In this document: piece by piece, positions 47,543 through 57,704 of the stretch | How positions within the stretch are numbered: the stretch's first letter is position 1 | Layout: each line of letters starts with the position of its first letter | From: Candidatus Eiseniibacteriota bacterium | GTDB lineage: Bacteria > ARS69 | Assembly (NCBI GenBank): GCA_052390515.1 | Contig: JBQTGV010000062.1 | Coordinates: 547 to 64,546 of the forward strand | Direction: 5' to 3' | DNA: 64,000 nucleotides | Position numbers and translations under genes: made by a program | Notes under the pieces: generated by a model | What the model saw: only the letters and a program-made list of their open reading frames with translations | Database searches by the model: none | What the model was told of the DNA's origin: nothing

Positions 47543-49378
47543 TCACGGCCCGTACGCGCGCAGGTCGTCCTCCAGCTGCGCGAGGGCCTGCGGCGGGAAG
47601 CCGGGCGTCGCGCGGGCCAGCTCCAGGGCGCGCGCCGCTGCGGCCCGCCCCTCGCCGGTCCTGCCCAGGCTTCGCAGCGCGGCGGAGAGCAGGTGCTGCG
47701 GCATCGGCTCCGCCGGGGCGAGCGCGGCGGCCTCGCCGAAGGCGCGCGCCGCCTCCTCCGGCCGCGCCGTCTCCAGGCAGGCCATGCCGAGATCGATCCA
47801 CGGCCGCGGCGCGTCCGGCTGGACCTTCACCAGCTCGCGAAGCACGTCGATCGCCTCATCGTGGCGCGCCAGGCGGCGCAGGGCGAGCGCGGTGTTCAGC
47901 AGCACGTCGGGCGCCGCCGGCCGCAGCTCCCGGGCGCGCGCGAAGTGCGGCAGCGCTTCCTCGAATCGACCGAGGTGGTTGTGCGCGACGCCGAGATTGT
48001 GGTGCGCGTGATAGAAGTCGTCGCGAATCTCGACGGCCCGCGTGTACAGCCCGATCGCCTCGTCGTAACGGCCGGCGTAGGACGCGGAGAGCGCCAAGTC
48101 GTACGTGGCGGAGACGCTCTCCGGATTCACCGCGAGCGCGTGGCGGAAGAGCGAATCGTTCGTCCGCCAGCGCGGCATCTGGAGCTGTCCGGCGGCGGCG
48201 AACGCGGCGAGCACGACCCCCGCGACCGCGAGCCGTCCCACGCCCCGTCCCGCGGCGACCCACGCGCCCAACGAGAGCCCCACTCCGGCCAGCGAGAGGT
48301 ACGCGTAGCGATCCGCCACCGTGGATTGCGACTGGAACGCGAACGGCACCAGCCCGAGCACCGGCAGCACGGCGAGGAGCGCCATCCCGGACGCCGCGCG
48401 GTGGACGGCGCGGTCCGAGCGGAGGCGAAGCACGAGGGCCGCGAGGGCGAGCGGGATCAGCACGAACGGGACCGCCGGGAAGCGGGAGAGCACGGCGTGC
48501 GGCGTTCGCCCGTAGTCGATGGCGAGCGGCGCCGGCCAGAGGACCTTCGCGGCGTAGAAGCCGAGCGCGTCGAGGGCCAGGAGCGGTCGCGCCGCGAGCG
48601 GCGCCGGCGTCCACGAGAGAACCGCGTCCTCCTCCGTCTGCGTTCCGAGCGTGATCGCCATCGAGGCGAAGGCCAGGACGAGATGGGGAAGGAGCGGACC
48701 GGCGACACCGCGCCGACTCGTGCCCGGCGCGGTGAGCATGACCAGAAGCGCCGCGATCAGTGGCAGTGCGACGGCCTGCGGCTTGGCCAGCACCGCACCG
48801 GCGAACGCGAGGAACCCCGCGGCCCATGCCAGCGCCGCCGCGCGCCCGCGGCCCTGCCCGCGCAGCTCGACGAAGCGCAGGTGCAGCAGCAGCGCGCCGA
48901 GGCCGAGCGCTCCGGAGAGCACGTCCTTGAGCCCGGTCGCCCAGGCCACCGGCTCGACCTGCAGCGGGTGCAGGGCGAAGAGCGCCGCTCCTGCGGCCGC
49001 CCCCGCAGGGCTCCTTCGCCCGAGGAGCCGGTGCAGGAGCAGGAAGGCGAGCACGACGGCGGCGGCGTGGGCGAGCACGTTCGCGGCGTGGAACGGAGCG
49101 GGATCGACGATCGGTCCGGGGTGCACGCCGGGCCGGGTGACCGTGCCGGCCAGGCGCGCGAGGAGCCACCATGCGGTGTAGGTGACCGGCACGTAGAGCC
49201 CGCCGACGGGCTCGCGCCAGAACGCAGCCGCGCCCCCCGGCGAATCGGCCGCCATCCGCGGGTTCGCATAGATGTTGGCCTGATCGTCCCAGATGACGAA
49301 CTCGTACGCCGTGGTCCGGGCGTAGAGGACCACAGTCAGGGCGAAGAGGCATCCGGCCACGACCGCCGTACGACGCAT
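47543..49378 (-). CDS. TMTC-like GT-C membrane glycosyltransferase with C-terminal TPRs
   Basis: FVIWDD, HPLQVEPVAW, LAKP, ADRYAYL, W..NDSLF, followed by about 5 TPR repeats; start inferred at MRRTAVV. Confidence 0.8.
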   Translation of the reverse strand: MRRTAVVAGCLFALTVVLYARTTAYEFVIWDDQANIYANPRMAADSPGGAAAFWREPVGGLYVPVTYTAWWLLARLAGTVTRPGVHPGPIVDPAPFHAANVLAHAAAVVLAFLLLHRLLGRRSPAGAAAGAALFALHPLQVEPVAWATGLKDVLSGALGLGALLLHLRFVELRGQGRGRAAALAWAAGFLAFAGAVLAKPQAVALPLIAALLVMLTAPGTSRRGVAGPLLPHLVLAFASMAITLGTQTEEDAVLSWTPAPLAARPLLALDALGFYAAKVLWPAPLAIDYGRTPHAVLSRFPAVPFVLIPLALAALVLRLRSDRAVHRAASGMALLAVLPVLGLVPFAFQSQSTVADRYAYLSLAGVGLSLGAWVAAGRGVGRLAVAGVVLAAFAAAGQLQMPRWRTNDSLFRHALAVNPESVSATYDLALSASYAGRYDEAIGLYTRAVEIRDDFYHAHHNLGVAHNHLGRFEEALPHFARARELRPAAPDVLLNTALALRRLARHDEAIDVLRELVKVQPDAPRPWIDLGMACLETARPEEAARAFGEAAALAPAEPMPQHLLSAALRSLGRTGEGRAAAARALELARATPGFPPQALAQLEDDLRAYGP

Positions 49379-49390
49379 CCCGCGACTATA
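49379..49390 (-). promoter_or_regulatory. Putative -10 element (TATAGT) 6 nt before the ATG (leaderless-type)
   Basis: Minus strand TATAGT-CGCGGG-ATG, no SD. Confidence 0.55.
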
Positions 49391-49447
49391 AGCGACCCGT
49401 TCCTTGACAGTTGATCGGTTCGACCGGCTCGACGACACTCCCCGCCC

Positions 49448-50536
49448 ATGAACCGGGCCGATGCCGGCGGACGGCCGGCGAGCGACGCGGCCCCGCCGGA
49501 CTTCAGCGCGCGGCGCTTCCTGGTCGGGATCCTGCTCTTCACCGGGCTCGCCGTCGCGGGAACGGCGGTAGCCGTCGCCGGGCGCGGCGGGCTCGATGCA
49601 TTCCGCGTGGCTCCGATGCCGGATCCCAAGCTCCTCGCCGTCGCCGTCGCCCTGATGGGTCTGGACGTCTGGCTGAGCGGGCTCCGCGTCCATCACCTCG
49701 CCCACCGACTGGCGCCGGCGGTGACGCTCAAGGACGCCATCCGGGCCGACCTCGCCAACCGGTGCGTCGCCGGGCTGACCCCGTCGCAGAGCGGGGGTGG
49801 ACCCGCACAGCTCTACATCCTCGCGCGCGCGGGACTCTCGCTCTCGGGCGGGATGGCGGTGGGGACCATCAACTTCCTGTTCTCGAGCGTCGTGCTGGCG
49901 ATCCTGGGATTCGCCTCTCTTCCCGTCGTCCACCATCGCCTGCCCGGCTGGTTGCGTGCCTCGACCGACGCGGCCGTCGCGCTGCTCGTCGCGACCGTGG
50001 CCATCGGCGGATGGCTCATCGTGCGGACGCGGCACCGCCGCCTCTCCACCCTGGCCCCGGGCCGCGTTCGGCGGGCCTTCGACCGAGGCGTGGCCTTCAT
50101 GGCGCGCTCGCTGGAGATCGCCCGGCGCCTCTTCCTGGTGCATCGCGGGCCGGTGCTGCGCATTCTCCCGATCACGACCGCGCTGGTCGCGGTGAAGCTG
50201 GTCTGTATCGTCGCCGTCTTTCGTGCCTTCGTTCCGGAAGGGCACCTGTCCGAGCTGATCGGCGTCACCGTGATCCTCGTCATCTGCCTGAACTTCGCGC
50301 CGACGCCGGGAGGGAGCGGCATCGTCGAGGGCGCCGGAACCGCCTACCTGGCCGGCGCGATCGGGCCGGCGCTCTCCACCGGCGTCGTCCTCTACTGGCG
50401 CCTGCTCACCGCGTACGTCCCGCTGGTTCTCGGAGGCCTGATCCTCCTGGCGCAGCTCCGCCGCGACACGCAGCTCGTGCGCGCCGCCCGCCGGAATGCT
50501 CCCACCCGCCTTGACACCCCCTCGGACGGGACTTAG
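49448..50536 (+). CDS. Lysylphosphatidylglycerol-synthase TM / flippase-like domain protein
   Basis: [30 protein letters not shown]; multi-TM. Confidence 0.85.
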   Translation: MNRADAGGRPASDAAPPDFSARRFLVGILLFTGLAVAGTAVAVAGRGGLDAFRVAPMPDPKLLAVAVALMGLDVWLSGLRVHHLAHRLAPAVTLKDAIRADLANRCVAGLTPSQSGGGPAQLYILARAGLSLSGGMAVGTINFLFSSVVLAILGFASLPVVHHRLPGWLRASTDAAVALLVATVAIGGWLIVRTRHRRLSTLAPGRVRRAFDRGVAFMARSLEIARRLFLVHRGPVLRILPITTALVAVKLVCIVAVFRAFVPEGHLSELIGVTVILVICLNFAPTPGGSGIVEGAGTAYLAGAIGPALSTGVVLYWRLLTAYVPLVLGGLILLAQLRRDTQLVRAARRNAPTRLDTPSDGT

Positions 50537-50539
50537 GCT
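50511..50539 (+). promoter_or_regulatory. Sigma-70 promoter for the tdk...ileS operon
   Basis: TTGACA-N17-TAGGCT. Confidence 0.7.
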
Positions 50540-50585
50540 CCCGCCGCCTGTCTCGTCCGTGGCGCGTGAGGGGCCGGGAGGTGCG

Positions 50586-51197
50586 ATGCGGGGCGATTCC
50601 TCGGTGGTCGGCGACGCCGGCTGGGTCGAGGTCATCTGCGGCAGCATGTTCTCGGGCAAGACCGAGGAGCTGATCCGTCGTCTCGTGCGCGCGCGCATCG
50701 CCCGGCAGGCGGTGCAGGCCTTCAAGCCGGCCATCGACGACCGCTACGGACGCGACCACGTCGTTTCGCACAACGGGCAGCGCATCTCCTCCGTCGAGGT
50801 CGCCGACGCGCGCGAGATCCTCTCCCGGGTGGCGCCCGACACGAAGGTCGTCGCCATCGACGAGGCGCAGTTTCTCGGAGCGGATCTCGTCGATGTAGTC
50901 GAGGAGCTGGCCGCTTCGGGTCGGCGCGTGATCGTCGCCGGTCTGGACCAGGACTACCGCGGCCGTCCCTTCGAGCCGGTTCCGCAGCTCATGGCCATCG
51001 CCGAGAGCGTCACCAAGACGATGGCGGTGTGCATGGTCTGCGGGCAGCCGGCGAACCGGACGCAACGGCTCGTGGACGAGTCGGAGCGGGTGCTGGTCGG
51101 GGCCGGCGAGGCGTACGAGGCGCGGTGCCGCCGCTGTTGGACTCCCGGACCGAAGGGGGCCCGCCCTGCGCTCGAGGCCGACGCCGCGGTCCGGTGA
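50586..51197 (+). CDS. tdk: Thymidine kinase
   Basis: [26 protein letters not shown], CxxC...YEARCRRC. Confidence 0.96.
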   Translation: MRGDSSVVGDAGWVEVICGSMFSGKTEELIRRLVRARIARQAVQAFKPAIDDRYGRDHVVSHNGQRISSVEVADAREILSRVAPDTKVVAIDEAQFLGADLVDVVEELAASGRRVIVAGLDQDYRGRPFEPVPQLMAIAESVTKTMAVCMVCGQPANRTQRLVDESERVLVGAGEAYEARCRRCWTPGPKGARPALEADAAVR

Positions 51198-51865
51198 GCG
51201 TCGGCGAGAACCTGCGGCGGGTGCACGAGCGAATCGCCGAGACGTGCTGTCGGATCGGGCGCGACGCGGGGGAGATCCGGCTCTGCGTGGTCACGAAGCT
51301 GGCCGGCGTCGATCTCGTCCGGGAGGCGGTGCGGGAGGGGGCGATGATTCTCGGAGAGAACCGCGTTCAGGCGGCGGAGCCCAAGATCCGGGAGACGCGC
51401 TCCCTGGCGAACGTGTCCTGGCACCTGATCGGTCACCTGCAGCGCAACAAGGCGCGGCGCGCAGTGGAGCTGTTCGATCGCATCGACGCCGTGGACGGGA
51501 TGCCCGTCGCGCAGCGGCTGTCCGAGCTGGGCGTCGAGCGGGGGCGGCCGGTGCGCGCGCTGGTGGAGGTGAACACGTCGGCCGAACCGCAGAAGGGCGG
51601 GTTCGCCTCGGAATCGGCCGGCGAAGCTCTCGGCAGGATCCGGGAGCTGCCCGGGATCGAGCTCGAGGGGCTCATGACCATGGCGCCGTTCACCGATGAT
51701 CGGGAGCGCGTTCGCGCATCGTTCGCGTGCCTGCGCGAGTTGCGCGACGGCCTGCCGTTCGCTTCCGAGCTCCGGGTCCTGTCCATGGGCATGACCAACG
51801 ACTTCGAGATCGCCGTGGAAGAGGGATCGACGTTCGTGCGCATCGGCACCGCGATCTTCGCCTGA
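51194..51865 (+). CDS. yggS: PLP homeostasis protein
   Basis: [43 protein letters not shown]. Confidence 0.95.
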   Translation: MSVGENLRRVHERIAETCCRIGRDAGEIRLCVVTKLAGVDLVREAVREGAMILGENRVQAAEPKIRETRSLANVSWHLIGHLQRNKARRAVELFDRIDAVDGMPVAQRLSELGVERGRPVRALVEVNTSAEPQKGGFASESAGEALGRIRELPGIELEGLMTMAPFTDDRERVRASFACLRELRDGLPFASELRVLSMGMTNDFEIAVEEGSTFVRIGTAIFA

Positions 51866-51878
51866 GCCGGAGGGGGAA

Positions 51879-52178
51879 GTGTTCGTTTTCGGAATCGCGC
51901 TGGAGCAGGTCGCACGGCTCATCGACCTGATCGCCTGGATGTACACGATCGTGCTCATCGGCCGGGTGATCTGCTCGTGGGTGAACGCGGATCCGTACCA
52001 TCCGATCGTGCGCTTCATCTGGATCGTGACCGAGCCGGTGCTCGTGCGCATCCGCCGGGTGATCCCGCCGATCGGGGGGCTCGATTTCTCGGTGCTCGTA
52101 GCGCTCGTCGTCGTGCAGATCGGGATCCAGGGGTTCCTGGTGCAGACGCTGCTGCGCTCCGCCGGACAGATGCAGTGA
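51879..52178 (+). CDS. yggT: YggT family membrane protein
   Basis: SWVNADPYHP, TEPVL..IRRVIPPIGGLDFS. Confidence 0.93.
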   Translation: MFVFGIALEQVARLIDLIAWMYTIVLIGRVICSWVNADPYHPIVRFIWIVTEPVLVRIRRVIPPIGGLDFSVLVALVVVQIGIQGFLVQTLLRSAGQMQ

Positions 52179-52203
52179 CCCGCACCATGGGGGAGAGACG
52201 CTC

Positions 52204-52848
52204 ATGAAGATCGGCCCGGTGGACGTTCGCACGCACTCCTTCACGAAGCGCATGCGCGGCGTGGACGAGGGCGAGGTCCGCACCTTCCTCGAGCTCGTGG
52301 CCGACCGGCTGGAGGAGTCGATCCTCGAAGGCGAGGAGCTGCGTGGCCGCATCGATCGGTTGGAGGGTGAGATCCGCGAGTTCAAGGCCCTGGAGCGGAC
52401 CATGCGGGACTCGCTGCTCTCCGCGGAGCGGCTGGTGGACGAGCGCACCGCTCAGTCGGAGAAGGAAGCGCAGATCATCATCAAGAGCGCCGAGGTGCAG
52501 GCGGAGAAGCTGCTGGTCCGCGCGCGCGACGACCTGGGGCGCGTTCGCGCGCAGGTCGACGACCTGCGCCGCCAGCGCATCACCTACATCGAGCGGTTCC
52601 GCGCGCTGCTTCGCTCGCAGGCGAAGATCCTCGAAGCGTCGGTGGAGAGCCTCGATCCCGAGGCCGAGTTCCCCGAGGCGAAGCGTCCCGCGGTGCCGCC
52701 AGGCCCTTCGCCCTCCACCCCGCCCATGCCCGGTGCTCCGCTGCCCGGTGGCGCCATTCCGCCGTACGCGGGCCTGCCCACGTTCGGACCCGAGGGCGAG
52801 CTCTACTCGGCCGACCGACCCGACCTGGGCGGGGGAGCGCATGCTTGA
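52204..52848 (+). CDS. divIVA: DivIVA domain protein
   Basis: IGPVDVRTHSFTKRMRGVDEGEVRTFLELVA, coiled coil, Pro-rich tail. Confidence 0.9.
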   Translation: MKIGPVDVRTHSFTKRMRGVDEGEVRTFLELVADRLEESILEGEELRGRIDRLEGEIREFKALERTMRDSLLSAERLVDERTAQSEKEAQIIIKSAEVQAEKLLVRARDDLGRVRAQVDDLRRQRITYIERFRALLRSQAKILEASVESLDPEAEFPEAKRPAVPPGPSPSTPPMPGAPLPGGAIPPYAGLPTFGPEGELYSADRPDLGGGAHA

Positions 52849-53150
52849 CGCGGGCCGCACCCCGCGAACCCGGTGACGAGGTGCTCGTGGAGGTGCTGGT
52901 CGTTCCCCGCGCTTCGCGCACCGAGCGGGCCGGCTGGGACGCGGACGGGCGGCTGCGCGTGCGGCTCGCCGCGGCTCCGGTCGACGGCAAGGCCAACCGC
53001 GAGCTGCTGAAGTTCCTGGCCGGCGAGCTCGGCGTCCCCGCCGGCCGCCTGCGCGTCTCCCGCGGCGAGACTTCCCGGCGAAAGACCGTCGCGGTGCGTG
53101 GGCTGTCGCGCGCGGAGATCGCGCTTGCGCTCGACGCGCCGGCGCGGTGA
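52845..53150 (+). CDS. yggU: DUF167/YggU family protein
   Basis: VVPRAS, APVDGKAN, GETSRRK. Confidence 0.9.
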   Translation: MTRAAPREPGDEVLVEVLVVPRASRTERAGWDADGRLRVRLAAAPVDGKANRELLKFLAGELGVPAGRLRVSRGETSRRKTVAVRGLSRAEIALALDAPAR

Positions 53151-53989
53151 GGGAGACGCGGGTGGCCACGTCGCAGTCGAGGGGAATCGAGGATGCGGTG
53201 CGCGCGCTGCGCGAGCGCGGGGTGGGATCCCCCGTCGCGACGTTCGTGCTCGGGTCCGGTCTGTCCGCAGCCGTCGCCGCGCGCGACGGGGTGAGCGTCC
53301 CCTTCGCGGAGATCCCCGGGTTCCCGCGCGGACGGCTCGAAGGGCACGACCGGCGCCTCGAGTTCGGGACGGTGGAGTCCCGCCCCGTGCTGGTGCTGCA
53401 CGGGCGGGCACACTACTATGAGGGCTTCGAGCTCCGCGAGGCGACGTTCCCGGTCCGCGTGGCCCGGGCCCTCGGGTCCCGGTGGATCGGCCTCCTGAAC
53501 GCGGCCGGGGGTCTCGATCCCACGCACGTGCCCGGGGACGTCGTCCTGATCACGGATCACATCAATCTGATGGGAGACAACCCGCTGATTGGTCCGAACG
53601 ACGACTCCCTCGGTCCGCGCTTCCCGGATCTGTCGCGCGCGTACGATCCAGGCCTCCGAGACCTCGCCGAGGCGGCGGCGCGCCGGCTCGATGTGCCGGT
53701 CCGTCGCGGAGTGTACGCGGCCGTGACCGGACCGCACTACGAGACCGCCGCGGAGCTGCGCATGCTGCGCCTGTTGGGTGCGGACCTGGTGGGCATGTCG
53801 ACCGTCCCGGAGACGATCGTGGCGGTGCACGGCGGGCAGCGCGTGCTGGGGATCAGCGTCGTGACCGACCGCGCGGATCCCGATTCGCTCCAGCCTCTCT
53901 CCCACGACGAGGTGGTGCGCGCCGCCCGCGAAGCCGCACCGAGAGTCGGCGGCATCCTCTGCGGCGTGCTCGCCGGGGAGCCGGCATGA
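53147..53989 (+). CDS. punA: Purine-nucleoside phosphorylase (trimeric type)
   Basis: VLGSGL, GRAHYYEG, NAAGG, GPHYETAAE, VGMSTVPE. Confidence 0.93.
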   Translation: MRETRVATSQSRGIEDAVRALRERGVGSPVATFVLGSGLSAAVAARDGVSVPFAEIPGFPRGRLEGHDRRLEFGTVESRPVLVLHGRAHYYEGFELREATFPVRVARALGSRWIGLLNAAGGLDPTHVPGDVVLITDHINLMGDNPLIGPNDDSLGPRFPDLSRAYDPGLRDLAEAAARRLDVPVRRGVYAAVTGPHYETAAELRMLRLLGADLVGMSTVPETIVAVHGGQRVLGISVVTDRADPDSLQPLSHDEVVRAAREAAPRVGGILCGVLAGEPA

Positions 53990-56900
53990 GTCCGCTGGCG
54001 CGAGAGCTGTATCCCGAGGCCGCGTTCGACGTGCCGCTGCAGGAAGCCGAGGAGGAGATCCTCGCGCTGTGGCGCGAGCGCGACGTGTTCCGCAGGACCG
54101 TGGACACGCGGCGCGGCGCTCGCCCCTTCGTGTTCTACGAGGGTCCGCCGACCGCGAACGGCCGGCCGGGCGTGCATCACGTGCTCGCCCGTGTGATGAA
54201 GGACCTGGTCTGCCGCTACCAGACGATGCGCGGGCGGCTCGTGCTGCGTCGCGGGGGGTGGGACACGCACGGACTCCCGGTCGAGCTCGAGGTCGAGAAG
54301 CAGCTCGGCATCGCCGACAAGCGCGAGATCGTCAAGTTCGGCGTCGGCGAGTTCAATCGCCGCTGCCGCGATTCGGTGTTCACGTATCTCGACGAGTGGC
54401 GCCGGCTCACCGAACGGATCGCGTACTGGGTGGATCTCGACGACGAGTACGTCACCTTGAAGAACGAGTACATCGAGTCGGTCTGGGCGGCGCTGAGGGC
54501 GATCCACGAGAAGGGGATGATCTACCGCGGCTTCAAGACCGTGCCGTATTCGACGAAGTCCGGCACCGTCCTCTCCGATCACGAGGTGGCACTGGGCTAC
54601 CGCGAGGTCGACGATCCCTCGGTGACGGTCCGCTGCCGGCTGGAGGACGAGCCCTCGACTTCCCTGCTGGTGTGGACCACGACGCCCTGGACGCTGCCGG
54701 GCAACGCAGCGCTCGCCGTGCATCCGGACGTGGAGTACGTCACCGTGGAGGTGCGCGGCGAGCGCGTGATCCTCGCCGCCGACCTGCGTGACGCGGTGAT
54801 CCCGGGCGAGGGGGAGATCGTCGCGCGGACGCGGGGCCGGGAGCTGGCCGGCCGCCGTTACGTGCCGCTCTACGACGATCACGCTTCGCTCCGTGCGCGG
54901 CATCCCGCGGCCTGGACCGTCGTGTGCGAGAAGTTCGTCACCACCTCCGACGGCACCGGCGTCGTGCACATCGCTCCAGGGTTCGGCGCGGACGACCTCG
55001 AGGCCGGGACCCGCCACGATCTGCCGCGCATCGTGCACGTGGACGACGAGGGGCAGCTCGCGAAGGAGCTTCGCGTCGGCGGCGGGCTCTGGTTCAAGGA
55101 CGCGGATCCGGTGATCCTGCGAGATCTGCAGGCGCGCGGCCTGGTGTGGGCCTCGGGCACGTACCGGCACACGTATCCGTTCAACTGGCGCGGGCAGGAT
55201 CCGCTCATGTACGTCGCGCGCGAAGCCTGGTACGTGCGCACGACTGCGTTCCGCGATCGGCTCGTCTCGCTGAACCGCGAGATCCACTGGGTGCCCGGGC
55301 ACATCCGCGACGGAAGGTTCGGCAACTGGCTGGAGAACAACGTCGACTGGGCGCTCTCCCGCGAGCGCTTCTGGGGCACGCCCTTGCCGTTCTGGGTCAG
55401 CGACCGCGATCCCGAGCGCGTGGAAGTGGTCGGTTCCGTCGCGGAGCTTTCCGCAAAGGCCGGCCGCGACCTCTCCGGGCTCGACCTGCACCGCCCCGCG
55501 GTGGACGAGATCAGCTGGCCGGACGGGAAGGGCGGGACGATGCGCCGCGTTCCCGAGGTTCTGGACGTGTGGTTCGACTCCGGCGCAATGCCCTACGCGC
55601 AGTGGCACTACCCGTTCGAGAACCGGGAGCTGGCCGAGTCCCAGTTCCCCGCGGACTACATCTGCGAGGCCATCGACCAGACGCGCGGCTGGTTCTACAG
55701 TCTGCACGCGCTGGGCACCATTCTCCGCGACTCACCGGCCTACCGCGCGTGCCTCGTGACCGGGCACATCCTGGGCGAGGACGGACAGAAGATGTCGAAG
55801 AGCATCGGCAACACGGTCGATCCGTGGGACGCGGTCGCCCTGGGCGGCGCCGACGCCCTTCGCTGGTACCTCACCGTGACGAACAACCCGACGAGCAACA
55901 TGCGTTTCGTGCGGGACGGCGTTCGCGAGGTGGCGCGCAAGCTGCTGGACACGATGGTGAACGTGTACCGCTTCTTCGCCCGCTACGCGAACCTGGACGG
56001 ATGGCCGGCGGACGCCGCGCCCGTCCGGGACCCGGACCGGACCCTGCTGGACCGGTGGGTCCGCTCCCGCCTGCACTCCCTGATCGGCGACTACCACGAG
56101 GCCTTCGACCGCCTGGAGCCGTGGCGCGCGGGACGCGCGCTCGAGCAGTTCGTGATGGAGGACCTCTCCAACTGGTACGTGCGAAGGTCGCGAAGCCGGT
56201 TCTGGGCGCACGGCATGGAGGCGGACAAGCGCGCCGCGTACGCGACGCTGCACGAGTGCATCGAAACGGCGACGCTCCTCGCCGCGCCCTTCCTTCCCTT
56301 CCTCGCCGAGCGCCTCTGGCAGACGCTCCGCGGGGCCGGCGGGCAGCGGGAGAGCGTGCACCTGGAAACGTGCCCGCAGGCCGACCCCGCCTGCATCGAC
56401 GCGCTGCTCGAGCGGCGCATGGAGCACGTGCGCCACGTCGTCCGGCTCGGCCGGGCCGGCCGCAACCGTGCCAACGTCAAGACCCGCCAGCCGCTCGCGC
56501 GCGTGCGCATCGGATCGCCCGAGGGGGAGGAGCTCGGCGACCTCTTGTCCATCGTGCTCGACGAGCTGAACGTGAAGTCGGCGGAGGCCGTGCGCGCCAC
56601 CGACGAGAAGGTCGAGCTCGGGGCGAAAGCGCGGTTCGACGTGCTGGGTCCGAGGTTCGGCAAGGACGTGAAGCAGATCGCCGCGGCCATCCAGGCCCTG
56701 TCGCCGGACGAGATCCGCGCGCTGGAGCGGGACGGATCGGCGAGGATCCGCGCGGCCGGCTCGGAGCACGAGATCACGAGCGACGAGGTGCTCGTCCGCC
56801 ACCAGGACCCGGAGGGATGGGTCCTGGAGCGCGAAGGCGGATGGTCCGTGGCGCTCGACCTCGAGATCGGGGAGGATCTGCGGCAGGAAGGCTTCGCCCG

Positions 56901-57141
56901 CGAGATCGTCAACAAGATCCAGTTCATGCGCAAGAAGGCCGGCTTCGACATCACCGATCGCATCGAGGTCGCGTTCGAGGGCACGGACGCGCTGCGCTCG
57001 GCGGTCGGCCGGCACGACGAGCTGATCCGGCGCGAGTGCCAGGCGGATCGCATCCAGGTGGGCCCCGCGCGAGGGGAGACCCGCGAAGAGTGGAAGATCA
57101 ACGGCGAGCCGGCGGTGCTCGCGCTGACGCGCGTCCGATGA
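53986..57141 (+). CDS. ileS: Isoleucine--tRNA ligase, type 2
   Basis: FYEGPPTANGRPGVHH, GWDTHGLP, WTTTPWTLP, DWALSRERFWG, KMSKS; type-2 C-terminus (RQPL...RK.AGFDITDRI). Confidence 0.97.
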   Translation: MSPLARELYPEAAFDVPLQEAEEEILALWRERDVFRRTVDTRRGARPFVFYEGPPTANGRPGVHHVLARVMKDLVCRYQTMRGRLVLRRGGWDTHGLPVELEVEKQLGIADKREIVKFGVGEFNRRCRDSVFTYLDEWRRLTERIAYWVDLDDEYVTLKNEYIESVWAALRAIHEKGMIYRGFKTVPYSTKSGTVLSDHEVALGYREVDDPSVTVRCRLEDEPSTSLLVWTTTPWTLPGNAALAVHPDVEYVTVEVRGERVILAADLRDAVIPGEGEIVARTRGRELAGRRYVPLYDDHASLRARHPAAWTVVCEKFVTTSDGTGVVHIAPGFGADDLEAGTRHDLPRIVHVDDEGQLAKELRVGGGLWFKDADPVILRDLQARGLVWASGTYRHTYPFNWRGQDPLMYVAREAWYVRTTAFRDRLVSLNREIHWVPGHIRDGRFGNWLENNVDWALSRERFWGTPLPFWVSDRDPERVEVVGSVAELSAKAGRDLSGLDLHRPAVDEISWPDGKGGTMRRVPEVLDVWFDSGAMPYAQWHYPFENRELAESQFPADYICEAIDQTRGWFYSLHALGTILRDSPAYRACLVTGHILGEDGQKMSKSIGNTVDPWDAVALGGADALRWYLTVTNNPTSNMRFVRDGVREVARKLLDTMVNVYRFFARYANLDGWPADAAPVRDPDRTLLDRWVRSRLHSLIGDYHEAFDRLEPWRAGRALEQFVMEDLSNWYVRRSRSRFWAHGMEADKRAAYATLHECIETATLLAAPFLPFLAERLWQTLRGAGGQRESVHLETCPQADPACIDALLERRMEHVRHVVRLGRAGRNRANVKTRQPLARVRIGSPEGEELGDLLSIVLDELNVKSAEAVRATDEKVELGAKARFDVLGPRFGKDVKQIAAAIQALSPDEIRALERDGSARIRAAGSEHEITSDEVLVRHQDPEGWVLEREGGWSVALDLEIGEDLRQEGFAREIVNKIQFMRKKAGFDITDRIEVAFEGTDALRSAVGRHDELIRRECQADRIQVGPARGETREEWKINGEPAVLALTRVR

Positions 57142-57704
57142 CCGGCGGCGAGGTGCAGGACAGGCCGCGCGCCGCGGGGCCGCGCTTCTACGCCGCCGCC
57201 GCGGCGGTGCTGCTGCTCGATCAGGCGACCAAGCTCCTCGTGGTCGGGGAGATGTCGCGCGGCGAGTCGCGACGCGTGCTCGGGGACTTCTTCCGCCTGA
57301 CCTACGTGCACAACGACGGGGCCGCGTTCGGGCTGGATCTCGGCAACCGCTGGTCGTTCATCGTCGTGACCGTGCTGGTGTCCGCGTTCATCGTGTTCTA
57401 CTACGCGCGTTCCGAGCGCACGCCGATGGCGCGCTGGGCGCTGGCCATGATCCTCGGAGGAGCCCTGGGCAACCTCGCCGACCGTGTGCGCATCGGCGAA
57501 GTCGTGGACTTCCTGCACCTCTCCGTCGCCGGATTCTCCTGGCCGATCTTCAACGTGGCCGACATCGGCGTGTCCGTCGGCGTGGGGCTCCTCGCGTTCC
57601 ACCTGTTCCGCAAAGAGGTCCCGTCGGATGGAGAAGGAGAGCTCGGGAGCCCCGGGCCGTCGGCTGACGCTTCGGATCCCACCGGAAGCAGCCGGACGAC
57701 TTGA
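57138..57704 (+). CDS. lspA: Signal peptidase II
   Basis: DQATK, HNDGAAFG, GGALGNLADR, VVDFL, FNVAD. Confidence 0.95.
   Translation: MTGGEVQDRPRAAGPRFYAAAAAVLLLDQATKLLVVGEMSRGESRRVLGDFFRLTYVHNDGAAFGLDLGNRWSFIVVTVLVSAFIVFYYARSERTPMARWALAMILGGALGNLADRVRIGEVVDFLHLSVAGFSWPIFNVADIGVSVGVGLLAFHLFRKEVPSDGEGELGSPGPSADASDPTGSSRTT

Noticed and set aside
45160-48654. 1164-aa plus-strand ORF and other long overlapping ORFs (e.g. 20978..23347, 19156..21390, 53737..55707)
   Set aside because: Stop-poor shadow frames typical of high-GC DNA, overlapping genes with clear motifs
49379-50734. N-terminal extension of the TPR glycosyltransferase ORF to 1063 aa
   Set aside because: The extension is antisense to the flippase-like gene and tdk; a better start with a -10 box exists at 49378
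53900-53990. T-box leader before ileS
   Set aside because: ileS overlaps the punA stop (ATGA); there is no leader space
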